Positions 34,552-46,200 are shown, counted from the first letter of the stretch. The stretch: DNA of 64,000 bases from an uncultured bacterium (GCA_963749495.1 CAVVMW010000014.1:96001-160000); one strand, 5' to 3'. Notes: a model not told the origin generated them from the letters alone. Numbers and translations: made by a program.

Positions 34552-34681
34552 CCAATGACGAATGACCAATGACGAATGACCAATGACGAATGACGAATGG
34601 CGGATAACAACAACCGATGACGAACCGCCGATTCGTCATTCGTCATTCGTCATTCGTCATTCGTCATTCGGTTCGTCATTC
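34547..34681. repeat. Inverted pair of heptamer arrays (AATGAC[C/G])x8 and (ATTCGTC)x5
   Basis: Counted directly; the upstream gene's TGA lies in the first unit. Confidence 0.9.
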
Positions 34682-34723
34682 TCTTCGTCTTGCCAGCCCT
34701 CCTGCTCCATCCTATGCTCGGGC

Positions 34724-35547
34724 ATGGTTCTGGAATTCACCAAGATGAACGGCGCCGGCAACGACTTCATCTTGATCGATGGCCGCGCGCAGACGCTCAA
34801 GCTGGGGCGCGAGGCGGTGGTCCGGCTCTGTGATCGGCACCGTGGCATCGGAGCCGACGGGCTGGTGGTGCTGAGGCCCTGCGCCTCGGGCAGGGCGGAT
34901 TGGGCATGGGAATTCTACAACAGCGACGGCAGCACCGGTGAGATGTGCGGCAACGCAGCACGGTGTTTCGCGCGGTTTGTCCGACGGCAGACCGGCAGCG
35001 GGCGCGATGTCACGTTCGAGACGGAGGCGGGCGTCATTGCCGCCACATTCCAGGGCGAGCGGGTGACGGTCAACCTCACCCCGCCGGAGGGGCTGCGCCT
35101 GGACCAGCAAGTGCCGCTCTCGGCAGGCGCGCAGATTATTCATTCGCTGAATACAGGCGTCCCCCATGCCGTGCTCTTCGTGCCCGACGCCGACAAGGCC
35201 ATGGTCGGGCAACTCGGGCCGGAAATCCGCCGTCACCCGCATTTCGGGCCGCGCGGCACCAACGTCAACTTCGTCCAGGTCCTGGCCCCGGCCGCATTCG
35301 CGTCCGGACCTTCGAACGCGGGGTCGAAGGCGAGACGCTCGCCTGCGGCACAGGCGTAGCTGCCTCCGCTCTCATCTCCGCCCGCGTTCATCATTTCGGT
35401 TCGCCGGTCAAGGTCCGCGTCCAGGGCGGCGACGAACTCGATGTCATTTTCAAAGAGACCGACGGTTGCTTCGCCGATGTTCACCTCGCCGGCCCGGCCG
35501 AGTTTGTGTTCGACGGGAAAATCGACAAGCCGGCGGGAGGCACTTAA
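34724..35547 (+). CDS. dapF: Diaminopimelate epimerase; frameshift near 35290
   Basis: FTKMNGAGNDF, GIGADG, NSDGS.GEMCGN, TGVPH, NVNF, RTFERGVEGETLACGTG. Confidence 0.93.
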
Positions 35548-35928
35548 TCCGCGAACGCAGAGACACAAAAAGAGCAGCAATCATTGCTGTCTGTCTTCTC
35601 TGTGGGGCAATAGCCAAATTTGCTCGCAGGCTGCGAAGATTTCTCAGAGAAAGAATGAACCGCCGAATACGCGGAATACGCGGAATTCACAAGCGGGCCG
35701 GTTCTCTTTCCGCGTATTCCGCGTATTCCGCGGTTATCGCTTCTTCGGCGCCGGCTTCGCCGCGCTGTGTTCCTTGCGTCCCTGTGTTTTGATTACGCAA
35801 CCGAACCGGTTTAGTGCCCCTCTGCGGCTCGAACATCCGTTCCGCCACGGTTCGGTTCGCCGCGCTGTGTGTTCCGGTTGCGGCTGCTCCTCGCTACGTG
35901 TTTCGTGGTCCTCAACAAAGCAGCCAGG

Positions 35929-35995
35929 CGCCGTCATAGCCATACCGGGTCACGAGGGTCGTCCCGTTGAAAATGTTGGTTTGCGCGATGATGCC
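35929..35995 (-). pseudogene. Orphan Rhs core fragment
   Basis: Near-identical to about 39521-39587 (TNIFNGTTLVTRYGYD). Confidence 0.8.
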
Positions 35996-36025
35996 TTTGG
36001 TTGAATGATTGTGAGTTCCGGGACC

Positions 36026-36334
36026 TTTCAACGTTGTCAATACTACGTTCCGACCCCTTTTCATGCGGGCCTCCTGGAATCAGAAAGCGGCAACATGCGA
36101 AAATGCGGGACTGACTCCGTTTCCTTTCCGGACTCACATTGTAACAAAGTATAGATCTGACCCCGATTTTACCCCGATTTTGTAGATTGTTTCAACGTTG
36201 TCAATACTACGTTCCGACCCCTTTTCATGCGGGCCTCCTGGAATCAGAAAGCGGCAACATGCGAAAATGCGGGACTGACTCCGTTTCCTTTCCGGACTCA
36301 CATTGTAACAAAGTATAGATCTGACCCCGATTTT
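36026..36334. repeat. Identical 145-bp direct repeats (36026-36170 and 36190-36334)
   Basis: Direct comparison; followed by CGATTTTGTAC stutters. Confidence 0.9.
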
Positions 36335-36377
36335 GTACCGATTTTGTACCTGACCCCGATTTTGTACCGATTTTGTA

Positions 36378-36500
36378 GACCCGCTTGCGATAGTGAGAGC
36401 CGTTCGTCACGGTGTCGTTGGCAAGGAGGCCGCCGTCGGTCAGAAGCAGCCCGTTAGTGTGGTAAGCATACGTCGTGGTGCCGACGGCGTCAACCGTGCG
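36378..36500 (-). pseudogene. Second, diverged orphan Rhs core fragment
   Basis: VDAVGTTTYAYHTNGLLLTDGGLLANDTVTNGSHYRKRV versus Rhs VDAAGTNTYSYTTGGLPWTEGGVFASDTVTNGYTNRKRV. Confidence 0.8.
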
Positions 36501-36656
36501 CGCCGACGAGCCGAACGCACGGCCCCGAAGACCTGCCGCCCGCCAAATGTCCAATGCTGAGACGCGGCCCATCGTCTCACTCCGCATTCCGGGACCCCTT
36601 CACCTCCACATGCTGCGGAGAGGACAAATTGTGGAAAGAACTTGTTCTGACCCTCG

Positions 36657-37052
36657 CTACGGCAGTGCGAGCCGCCAGTCGAGACCAATCTCTTTGCAAA
36701 CGAACCGCAGGCAATCAAGGTTCCAATGCATCACCCGCGAGGGATCCGCGAGCGCTGGCGCAATCTCAAAGCCAACGCGGCGCTCGAACTCGTCAACGGC
36801 AACGCGCGCCGCGCGTAGATGAGCGCCGATGCTCGCGCAGAGTTCCAGGGTCGAAACTCCGTTTTCCTGCTCCGGAGCGTCGTCAAATAATAGCCTCGTA
36901 CGTAATCCGAGCTCTGAGGCAAGCCTGGAAAGCTCGGCGAGAGAGGCCACCATGTTCAACTCCCCTTCCTGCTCCTCCCAGTCATCGTACCTGCGGAAGC
37001 GACACTCCAATTGAAGCCGCAACCTCTTGCTGAGATTTTCCGACTGACTCAC
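36657..37052 (-). CDS. Hypothetical protein, candidate Rhs immunity protein
   Basis: Co-directional ORF downstream of the Rhs gene; start uncertain (GTG 37052). Confidence 0.5.
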   Translation of the reverse strand: MSQSENLSKRLRLQLECRFRRYDDWEEQEGELNMVASLAELSRLASELGLRTRLLFDDAPEQENGVSTLELCASIGAHLRAARVAVDEFERRVGFEIAPALADPSRVMHWNLDCLRFVCKEIGLDWRLALP

Positions 37053-37359
37053 GTGCCCGCTTGAGCCGGGCACCATAGGGAAGCCCGTCGCGGTCAAGCG
37101 TCGCAATACAGGAGTCTGGGTTGTTTTGCCTCTCGTTGGTCATGGAACAAGGAGGGGGTCAAAGGGCACTGGGTGGATTATGACGGGAACCGCCAGGACA
37201 GGGCCTCCACCAATTGGGGCAATCGGGCTGGTGATACGGCATGCTGCTCTGACTTTCCGCCCAGCTCGCGCACCCGCTTGAGGCGAGCAGTGTTTGTCAC
37301 TGCACCCTTGTCCGCCTTCGCGGTGCATGGGCACAGCGGTTGTTCTATTCTGCGGCTGT

Positions 37360-40300
37360 TCAAGGGACGAAAATCGGATCCAGGAGCACCGGGTCAAGGA
37401 CCGGAAACTCGACCGGATACGTGGGAAGCCCGGGGACACCTGGGGTCATGAGGATCGGGCTCGCGGTCGGCAGCGTCGTCGGCCCCGTGGTCGGCTTAGG
37501 ACGAGGGGGCTGCGGCCATGGATTAGTTGGGGATTGCTTCCCGTATGGGGGCCGCTTTTGCCCCGGCCGCGGCTTAAGGCACTTGTCGGGGTAACGGCCA
37601 CCCTGGTTGTCGTCATAATGCGGCCAGTGTGCCGGGTCCTCAGGGTGAGGGTAATACTTTATTCCTGTCTTAGGGTCCTGCGTGTACGGGCCACGAGCAT
37701 CGACACCAGTTGGCCAAGTGGGATTCCATCCCGGTGGCTTCTGGGTTGGGTTAGGCAAGAAAGGGTTTGGGTTCGGGAACCCAGGCCCTGGACCGGCCCC
37801 AGTCACCGAACCGGGGGGCGCATTGAAATCAGACCAACCCCATGGATCGACAGCATTAGCAGCCCCATTGGCAACGTAACAGTAAAGGTTAATGCCTCCA
37901 TTCTCCATGGACGGGTCCCTATTTAACCACCTCTGCAAGCTGGGGTCATAAAACCGGCAGAGGTAGTAATACATGCCGCTGTTCACGTGGATCTCCTTGC
38001 TGGAGAAGCGATAGACGTTGGCGGGCAGAAGGCCGCCGCTGGACGAAAGCGTGTTGCCGAACGGGTCGTACACGTAGCTGGCCGCCAGGCCCTGGCTGCT
38101 GTTCACCAGGTAGGTGATGTTCCCGTTGCCGTCGCAATGGTAGCAGTTGTGCGTGCTCCAGTTGCCCCCGGAGTAGCCCTGCGAGCGGGCCAAGAGCCCG
38201 CCAATGCCGCCGGCGCCCTCCAGGCTCTGGCTCAGATCGTTTCCCCGCGTGTAGCTGATCTGCGGCACGTTGTTGGAGTCCCGCTCCTGGATCACGCGCA
38301 GGCCGTCGTAAAGGTAATGAACCTCAGCCACCACCGGCCCGATCGCGAGCGGCGCCGCGCCCGGGCCTGACGGTGCCGATCCCCCGGTCCCTTGGTACTC
38401 GCGCCGAATCCGCAGCCGCCCCAAACCGTCATATACGAATTGGGTTTCCCACGCGGCGATGGGGTTTTGCACGTCCACCAGCCGGTTTTCGTCATCATAG
38501 GCGCAGGTCAGGACATCCCCGAACTGATCCATCGGCCCGTTGGTCAGGTTGCCGTTGGCGTCATAAGTGCATGCGCCGTGGGGCCAATTAGTCAATTCGT
38601 TCTTGACGTTAACTTGGAATTGCCCGGCCGAGCCGCCATTGGTCAGCCAGTTGAGGTTCCAGGCGCGGTCATAAACGTAGTCCAGGTTCTCGGTGGACTG
38701 GCCGCCGGTCCCCACTGCGCTCTTCAACTGGGCGATGTTGTCGTAGCCGTAGTTCACCGTGCTGCCGTCAATACGAGTCATCGCGGTGCGCCAGCCCGCC
38801 TGGTTGTAGCTGTAGCTGGCCCAATCCAGAAGGGTCCCACCGCTGGTGCGGAGGGCCGTCACCGACAACCGGGCCATGCTGTCGTAGGCGTTGGTGATAT
38901 TTGCCGTGTTGGGCAGTGAGGTCCGGAACGGCAGCGCTGAGGCCGATGCGGCCAAGTAGCCATAGCCGAAGCTGCCCGCCTGCGAGGTGACGTTGGTCAG
39001 GCGCCCGCCCCCGTCATAGGCAAACCGGTTGGTCCAGGCCCCGGCCGGCTGCTGCAGGGCCAGGCCCACCCGCTTTCGGTTCGTGTAGCCGTTGGTCACG
39101 GTGTCGCTGGCGAACACGCCGCCCTCGGTCCAGGGCAGCCCGCCAGTGGTGTAACTATATGTGTTCGTGCCCGCCGCGTCCACCATTTTCTGGAGCCGGT
39201 TCAGGGCGTCGTACTGGAAGCTCACCGATGGGCTGGCGGGGTACTTGATGTACGTGAGGTTGCCCAGAGCATCGTTCGTGTAATACGTGGTGCCCTTGGC
39301 GGCGCTCCAGCGGGAGGCCAGGCGGCTGTCGGCGTCGTAAGTGTAGCTGAGGACTTGCGCGCTGGCCTGGTCGAGTTTGTTGGTCACCCGGCCATAAGCG
39401 TCATAGTGCCAGACCGTGCTCTGGCCCTTGCCATCGATCAGGTTGGTCAGGCTGCCTGAGGGATCGTACTGGAACTGGATGCCCTCGCTGTTGGCGTTTG
39501 TCTCCCAGGTCTTGCGCCCGGCGGCGTCGTAGCCGTACCGGGTCACGAGGGTCGTCCCGTTGAAAATGTTGGTGTACGCGATGAGGCCGTTGGTCGAATA
39601 GGTGAAGTTCTCCACCCAGCCGTTTGGATGGCTCAACTCCGTCAAGCGGCCCAGGGCGTCGTAGCTGTTCGTGACGGAGACGCCATTGGCGTCGATGGTC
39701 CATGAGGAGCGGTCCTCGGCGTCGTACTCGGTCACCAGCATCGTGTCGTTGACGTTTGTCGTGGCGGAGCGCAGGCCCTGGACGCAGTAAAGAAACCCGA
39801 AGGTGGTCCAGCCGTCGCCCGATTGGGCCACCTGGCTCAGGGAGTTGTACACGTTGGTAAGCGTTGTCGCGTCGGGCAGGTAGGTGTGAAGACGATTGCC
39901 CTGGAGATCGTAGTCGTAGCTGGTCCACGTCTGGGCGGCGGAACCCCAGGCGTTGGTAACGGCGTGGAGCGATCCGCAGTCACAGTAGTTGTAAAGGGTG
40001 ATCTGGTTCAACGCGTTGGTCTCAGCCACCTTCTGGCGAATGGAGTTGTAGCCGTAGTGTTTCCAGTTGCCGAGGCGATCCTTCGTCGCCGCCAAGTCCA
40101 GGTTGGTATAGGTGTTCGAGATGTAAGTGCCATCGGGATAGGTGACGGAGGTGAGGCGCTGGAGGTTGTCCCAGGTGTTGGTGGTCGCGAGGCCGCGCTC
40201 GTCGGTGTGGGAATAGACCAGGCCGCTGGTGTACGTGTAGGAGTTGGTCCGGTTGATCTGGAGGTCGATCGTCGTCGCGAGCAGGCCGGAATCGGAGCCG

Positions 40301-42122
40301 CTGGTGAGGTAAATGTTGGTCGTGGTCAGGCCGCTGGGCAGGCTAAGGCTGGTGACGCGCCGGTCCGAATTATAGGCATAATGCGTCGCCTGGTCTAAGG
40401 CGTCGTAGCTGATGTCCGGCTGGTGGAACGAATTGCTGACGTAATTGCTGACGACCTGCTCGCCCAGGGGGCCGATCTGCTGGAGGAGGTCCAGGTTGTT
40501 GGCGGCGTAGCTGTAGGCGTTTGTGCGGAGATCGACAGTGGTGTTGTATTGCTGACTGTAGGTTTCGACCAGTTGGTCCAGCAGGCCGTGGCTGTTCCAG
40601 GTATAGTTGCGAAAATAGGTGGTGCCCCCAACCGGCAGGACCCAGGCCACGAACGCGGGCATGGCGCTGGCGCCGGTATCATTGTCGGCTCCCGAGGGCT
40701 TGCCGTAATAATCGTACCAGGTGATTTGGCCGACGGTTTGACCGTCATGGAGGGGGCTGGGCGCCCGGTCCAGTGAGAGCGTGTCGGAAGGGTTGCCCGA
40801 ACCGGAGTCGATGAGCCAATGCTCAAGGCGGCCTATCAGGTAGTCGGAGGTTACGAGGTTTGTGGGGTTGCTGGTCGAGAGCGACTCGTATTGCAACGGA
40901 TCCCAATGGAAGCTGTTGCGATAGTACTGGTCAACATTGTCAAAGGTGTTGACAAACCAGGGGGAAGTGCTTGGGACGCTGGCGTAGGTGGCCGACATGA
41001 AGCTGGTGCAGTCCTGGCGGTAGAGGAAGAGGTGGTGGCCGCCGGTAGGCAGCGAAACCAGCGTCCAGCGATTAACCGGGACCCCGGCTGTGTAAAAGGT
41101 GTTCGACTTGACTTCATAGCCACCGTAGGCAAAGACGGTGCTGCCGTATTTGGTGGTCAGGTTCGTAACCCAGCCGGGATTGGCGGCGTCATACGCGAGG
41201 CCGCTCGGCAGCCCGGCAACGTCGGTGATGTTGGTGAGGTAACCGTTGCCGTCGTACTGCAGCAGGTGGGTCCTGGAATAGGGGTCGACCACCTTGGTGA
41301 TGTGGTTGGTAAACGACGCGTTTTCGTAGTAGAGCACGTTGGTCTTGCCGTCCGGGTCCACCACGTTCAGGAGCCGGATCGAGACCGAGTTGGCCGCGTA
41401 ATTGAAGGTGTTGGTGTGGCCGGCCGCATCCGAGCTGACCGTCCGGAAGAGCAGGCGCTGGCCTGCGCTGTTGGTGAAGGCGTGGCCGAAACTGTCCACC
41501 GAACCGTCGGTGTACTCGATTTTGTAGGTGGCGCCGCTGTCGGGCGTCGTCAGCAACGAGCCGTCGCTGTACTGGGCCGTGCCGACCGAATATGTGATCC
41601 AGCCCGCGCCGCCGCGGTGCAGCCAGGCCGTGCCTGTCGGGCTGCCGGCGGTCAGGTCCAGCAGGTAGGCGCGGAACGAACAGCACCAGTTGTTGCCGAC
41701 CCCGAAGATGGCGGGGTCGTTGGTCTGGGCCCCTCGCTGGCGGTAGGAAAGCTGGAAGGAAACGCGGGCTCCGCGCGCCGGTTGGTAGCCTAGCGGCTCG
41801 TCCTCCAGCCGGAGGTTGATATACGGTTCGGAGACCCACCAGACCGGCATTCCCTGCGCGCCGCAACTCGTGCAGCGGGGGTTGGAGCCGCTGCCCGGCG
41901 CAACGCCCACCAGGCTGCCGCCGCGAGGCACCAACGCAGCGCCGCTGGGCCCCACGGCCGATGGGGAGGTTCCGTCGTCGGCGGCGGGGCAAGTTACCAA
42001 CGGCCAGTCGTGGTAGTCAGGGGGGCCGTTGTGATGATAAGGGGGCCACTGGCCGCGCCAGCCAGGAGCGCGGCTGCAAGGAGGGGGAGGAAAATTAGTA
42101 GTTTCAGAGAAGACGGCTTCAC
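37360..42122 (-). CDS. Rhs/YD-repeat polymorphic toxin with N-terminal signal peptide; frameshift at G5 run 42041-42045
   Basis: YD repeats, core end RFYDPSLQRWLNRDP...NLYCYV.N...DPWG, Pro-rich C-terminal domain; GTG 42122 reads MKPSSLKLLIFLPLLAAALLAGAASG. Confidence 0.88.
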
Positions 42123-42281
42123 GATATAGTTCTTTCTTTCTGCTGGACGGCGGCCTGCAAAGCCCGCCCTCGCTAACGATTCGCCCGCAGGCCCGGGAGC
42201 CTCTGCCGCGCTGCGGCGGCCGCTTCCGCCCTGCGGCGGCTCTTTTTCTACCGCGGGTTTGCGGTGGAGGTTGACGGCGAT

Positions 42282-42361
42282 GAGTTATGAATTCCGGCCA
42301 TTTGCTATGAATTTCGGCCATGAGTTACGAATAACGGCCATAAGTTAGGCAAATCGGCCAT
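42282..42361 (-). promoter_or_regulatory. Four tandem 20-bp direct repeats (ATGGCCG-anchored), candidate operator array
   Basis: Exact 20-bp period, located between the AraC-type gene and the Rhs start. Confidence 0.6.
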
Positions 42362-42445
42362 CGCGAGTGCTTCGCGTGGCGCAGGGCCTTCGGGAGTGTA
42401 TTGGAAAAAAAGTGACGGGACCGGAACAGCCCCTTGGAGCCGGGG

Positions 42446-42784
42446 CTAGCCTGCCGGCATGAGCCGAGAGGAGCGCGCGGGGGCGAATTTGGAGGGGTTG
42501 CGGCCTGCGGCGGCCTGAAACCAAGCGCTGAAGTTGGCGGCGTGCTTGAAACCGAGCTCGGCAGCGACCGCCTTGACGGGCCGGCCAGCGAGCAGCAGGC
42601 GCTGCGCTTCCTGGAATCTGGCCGCGTGGAGGGCGCTCCTGGGAGACTGCCCCCGCTCGCTGTGGAAAAGGCGCCGGAATTGCCGCGGCGAAACGCGACA
42701 GAGCCGCGCATAGGCGCGCACGCTGTAACGCGCCTTCTTGGCGAGGTCACGCCATTCACCATCGAGACCAGAGGAAGCTTCCAT
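42446..42784 (-). CDS. Stand-alone AraC-family HTH regulator
   Basis: VSPRQFRRLF...SPR..L...RFQEAQRLL...VKAVAAELGFKHAANFSAWF...G.NPS.F. Confidence 0.85.
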   Translation of the reverse strand: MEASSGLDGEWRDLAKKARYSVRAYARLCRVSPRQFRRLFHSERGQSPRSALHAARFQEAQRLLLAGRPVKAVAAELGFKHAANFSAWFQAAAGRNPSKFAPARSSRLMPAG

Positions 42785-42949
42785 AATAACCCGGCGGCCG
42801 TTGCTGTCTGCGCCAGATGCAGCCGCCGCCGCACCCCGCGCAGGGCGAGCGCACCGACCGCCACCCACCCATGTTCCTGAATACAACATAGCACGCGCGT
42901 CAAGCGGACCCGGCGGGCCATCGACCAGCCCGTCGTCGACGATGCCAAC

Positions 42950-43095
42950 GCATGGGGCGGGCTTTCAGCCCTTTGGCACTTTTGCGGTCATGACCTGGGC
43001 CGTTGGCCCAGGCTGGTATGGGCCGCGCCGTTGGCGCTGGAGGCGTTGGGTCGGATCAGTTCCTCGGCCGTTGGCCTGGGCCAGTATGAACGACG
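42950..43095. repeat. Palindromic repeat remnant (CCTGGGCCGTTGGCCCAGG family)
   Basis: Hairpins GGGCTTTCAGCCC and CCTGGGCC-GTT-GGCCCAGG, with a degenerate second copy. Confidence 0.5.
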
Positions 43096-43223
43096 TTTTG
43101 GCGTCCCGGTCACGCACCGCCGGCTCCGTCCTGCACTCGCGGAATTCTGTCCTGCGCCCAGGCGGGGTTCGGCCGCGCTTTGCTCATTGTCATGTGGCGA
43201 GTGGCGGCATAGTTTTGCCGCGC

Positions 43224-46200
43224 ATGCCCACGAAGCGTTTTCATGTCGGGACGGTTCAGGCCGCGCTCAGGAGCGTTGCCTCGGCGTTCTTGCTGCTCCT
43301 GGGGTTGCCGGCGCCGGCTGCCGAGCCGCCCAATGCCGAATACATCTCGGATTCCCTTTCGGGCCGTATCGTTTCCGTGACGCAGCAATGGGGCGAGTTG
43401 GGATTGAACACGGCGGTCAAGCAGGCGGACCGCCCGGCCATGAAGCTCCGGATCAAAGACAAGGAATATGAGCACGGCCTAGGCCATCACGCCAATGGCG
43501 AGATCGTGCTGGACCTGAGCGGCCAGTTCGAGACCTTCCAGGCCGATCTGGGCGTTCAATGGCTGGGCGGCCAGAATGTGGGCTCAGTCGTGTTTCAAAT
43601 CTTTGTGGACGACAGGAAGGTTTTTGATTCGGGCATTGTCCGCGAAGGCGACGGACCGCGCCCGGTCTCGATCCCGGTCCTGGACGGGGAGGAGCTGCGG
43701 TTGGTGGCCGGGGACGCCGGCGATGGGATTACGTGTGATTGCGCCGATTGGGCCAACGCCCGGCTGGTGCGCAACCCGGCCGCCGCAAGCCGCCCTGCCC
43801 TGGCCGGCTTCGACATCGCCCCTTTCGCCCGGGTCGTCAGCTTCGATCCCAACGTCGCAGGCGGGACCAAGTCCAGCCGAGTCGAGGAGATCCCGGCGGC
43901 AGACCTCTTTCCGGCCAGGGAACTCGAGCCTGGCCCGGACGGGACCTACCTGGTGCCTGTCAGATCTCAAATCAAAGGTCTCGGGACGCCAGGGGCGAGG
44001 GGCGAGGGGCGAGGGGCGGAGATCCGTTCCCCCGACCCTCGACCCTCGACCCTCCAGACCGGCTGCATCGGCCTGGAATGGGCGGAAAACCGGCGCTTGC
44101 GCCAATTGGCCTTGGAGTTCGCGGACGGCGCCGCCCCGCCTCGGGTCGAGTCCATCCGGCTAGAGACCTGGACGGGGGAATCGGCCTGGCAGGGCAAATG
44201 GCAGCCCTGCGGGGTCGCACCGCAGAACGTGGAGAACCGCTTGGTCTGGACGCTCACTGGTCAAGGGGCCACACAGAAGGTGCGCTGGATATTTGGCGAC
44301 GTCCGGGAACCGCTCGCGCTCAATGGTCTCTGGGCCTTTTCGCGCTCGCGCTGGAAACCGGTTGAGGTCCGCATCGAACCCACGGAGCCGGGGCGGCCCC
44401 GCCGAGCCGGCATCGAGGTCTATAACGGCATGCTGGTCGAGCCGCCCCAGGGGCTCGCCTTACCGTTGCGAGTGGGATGGCTCGAAGCCGCTCCTGCTCA
44501 AGGTGCAGTCCAGTGTTGCCCAGCCATACAAAGCGGACCGGACAGTCCTGCGGTTTCAGTTCCCTGAGACCGCTTTCGGGGGGGCGCATCCCGACACAGC
44601 CCCCAGCGCCGGGGTCCAGACCGGAGTGCGCCCGTCCCCGGGCGCAGCGGCGTCCGGAGCCGCGGCAGCGGTCAAACACTCCAGCGCGCCTGACCGCTCC
44701 GTCGCTGCTGCGCCCGGGGACGGGCGCACTCCGGGGGCAGTATCAGGATGCGCCGCTTTCGGGGTCGCCGTCGAGGACCTGCTTTCCAATGACTGCGTTT
44801 ATGTGCCTCATGCGGGCCTGTTTGTCACGCGGCTCCCGGCGCCAGTGAGCCTGGGCCAGTACCTAGAACGAATTGCCTCGACCAAGAGTGTCCTGGACGA
44901 CGTGCGCAGCAGACCGGACCAGGAGTTTCACAAGGCCTGGACGGCGGTCCATCTGCCTTTCGAGGACCTGGAACCGACCATGCTTTCGCTCGCGTATGAT
45001 AATCGCAAATTCATTGTCCGCCGCAACGGCGCGCTGGGCTTCGAGGAATACGAGCACCCGGACGATGCGCCCCTGCCGCCACCCGGAGGCAACTGGCTGG
45101 CCGCCTCGCAGTGGCAGCTTGTGCCGCGGTTCGGCAGCGGCACCAACCAGCAGGTCACCCGCCATCTGTGTGGCGGCTGGCTGCCGATGCCGCAGACCAC
45201 GATCACCGAAGCAAACCTGGCCTGCTGCCAGACCACTTATGTCGCCCCAGTGGGCAAGGGCACATTGTCCACCGGCGGCGTGCTACCCGGAGAGCGCAAT
45301 GGGGCACAGCACCTGACCCCTCACCCCGGCCCTCTCCCCATCGGATGGGGAGAGGGAGAGGAGCGGTCACCATCCGATCCGTCATATACCGCGGACCGAT
45401 CACTAACTCCGCCGAATGATTGGGCGGCGTGCGTGGTCGAGTACGCGATCACCAACGCCGGGACATCACCTGCCGAGGCCCGCCTCTGCCTGAGCCTGGT
45501 TCCAGGCCGCGAGCCCAAGCGAACGGCCCGGTTCCAGGAGATACCTGAAGGGCTGTTGGTGACCAGCGGCGAGCGCGTGCTGGCGGTCGTGAACAATTGC
45601 CAGGCAGCGCCGTTAAGCTTGAAACAGGAACCGAAGGGTCTGGTCTTGTCCGGCCGCCTGGCCGGCGGAGCCGGCGCGCGCTGCACGGTGTTCATCCCTG
45701 CCTGGAAGGTCGGCGCCGCATTTTGCAGAGCGAATTCGAAGGCGCTCTCGACGAACGCGGCCGAGGTGTATTGGCGAGTGTTCCTGGAGCCCGCGATGCA
45801 GGTCGAGACCCCGGACGCCCTCTGGAACGACCTGGTCCGGGCCTCGCAGGTCCATTGCGCCATTGCCGCCCGGAACGAGGAGCGCGGCGCCCGGATAGCG
45901 CCCTGGATAGCGTCCGCCTCTTACGGGCCGCTGGAGAGCGAGGCCAACTCGATCATTCGGGGGATGGACATGAACGGGCACGCGGATTTCGCCCGGCGCA
46001 GCCTCGAGTACTTCCTGCGCAAACGCAACGCGGCCGGGTTCATCACCACGGGCTACACGCTGGTGGGGACCGGGGAATTCCTCTGGACGCTGGGCGAGCA
46101 CTGCCAGCGGGCGGGCGACGGTGAGTGGTTGCGGAGAATCGCGCCCGAGGTCGTGCCGATCTGCCAATGGGTCATCCGCCAGCGGACCAAGACAAAACAG

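Noticed and set aside
35929..39587. Rhs fragment and Rhs gene as a DGR template/variable repeat pair
   Set aside because: The mismatches are not confined to adenines on either strand, and there is no reverse transcriptase in the window
42123..42321. ORF-track N-terminus of the Rhs protein (MAEIHSKW...)
   Set aside because: It starts inside the 20-bp repeat array and reads as non-coding. The signal-peptide start at 42122 is more plausible.
42282..42361. 20-bp periodic repeats as a mini-CRISPR array
   Set aside because: The units are contiguous with no unique spacers, the period is too short and there are no cas genes
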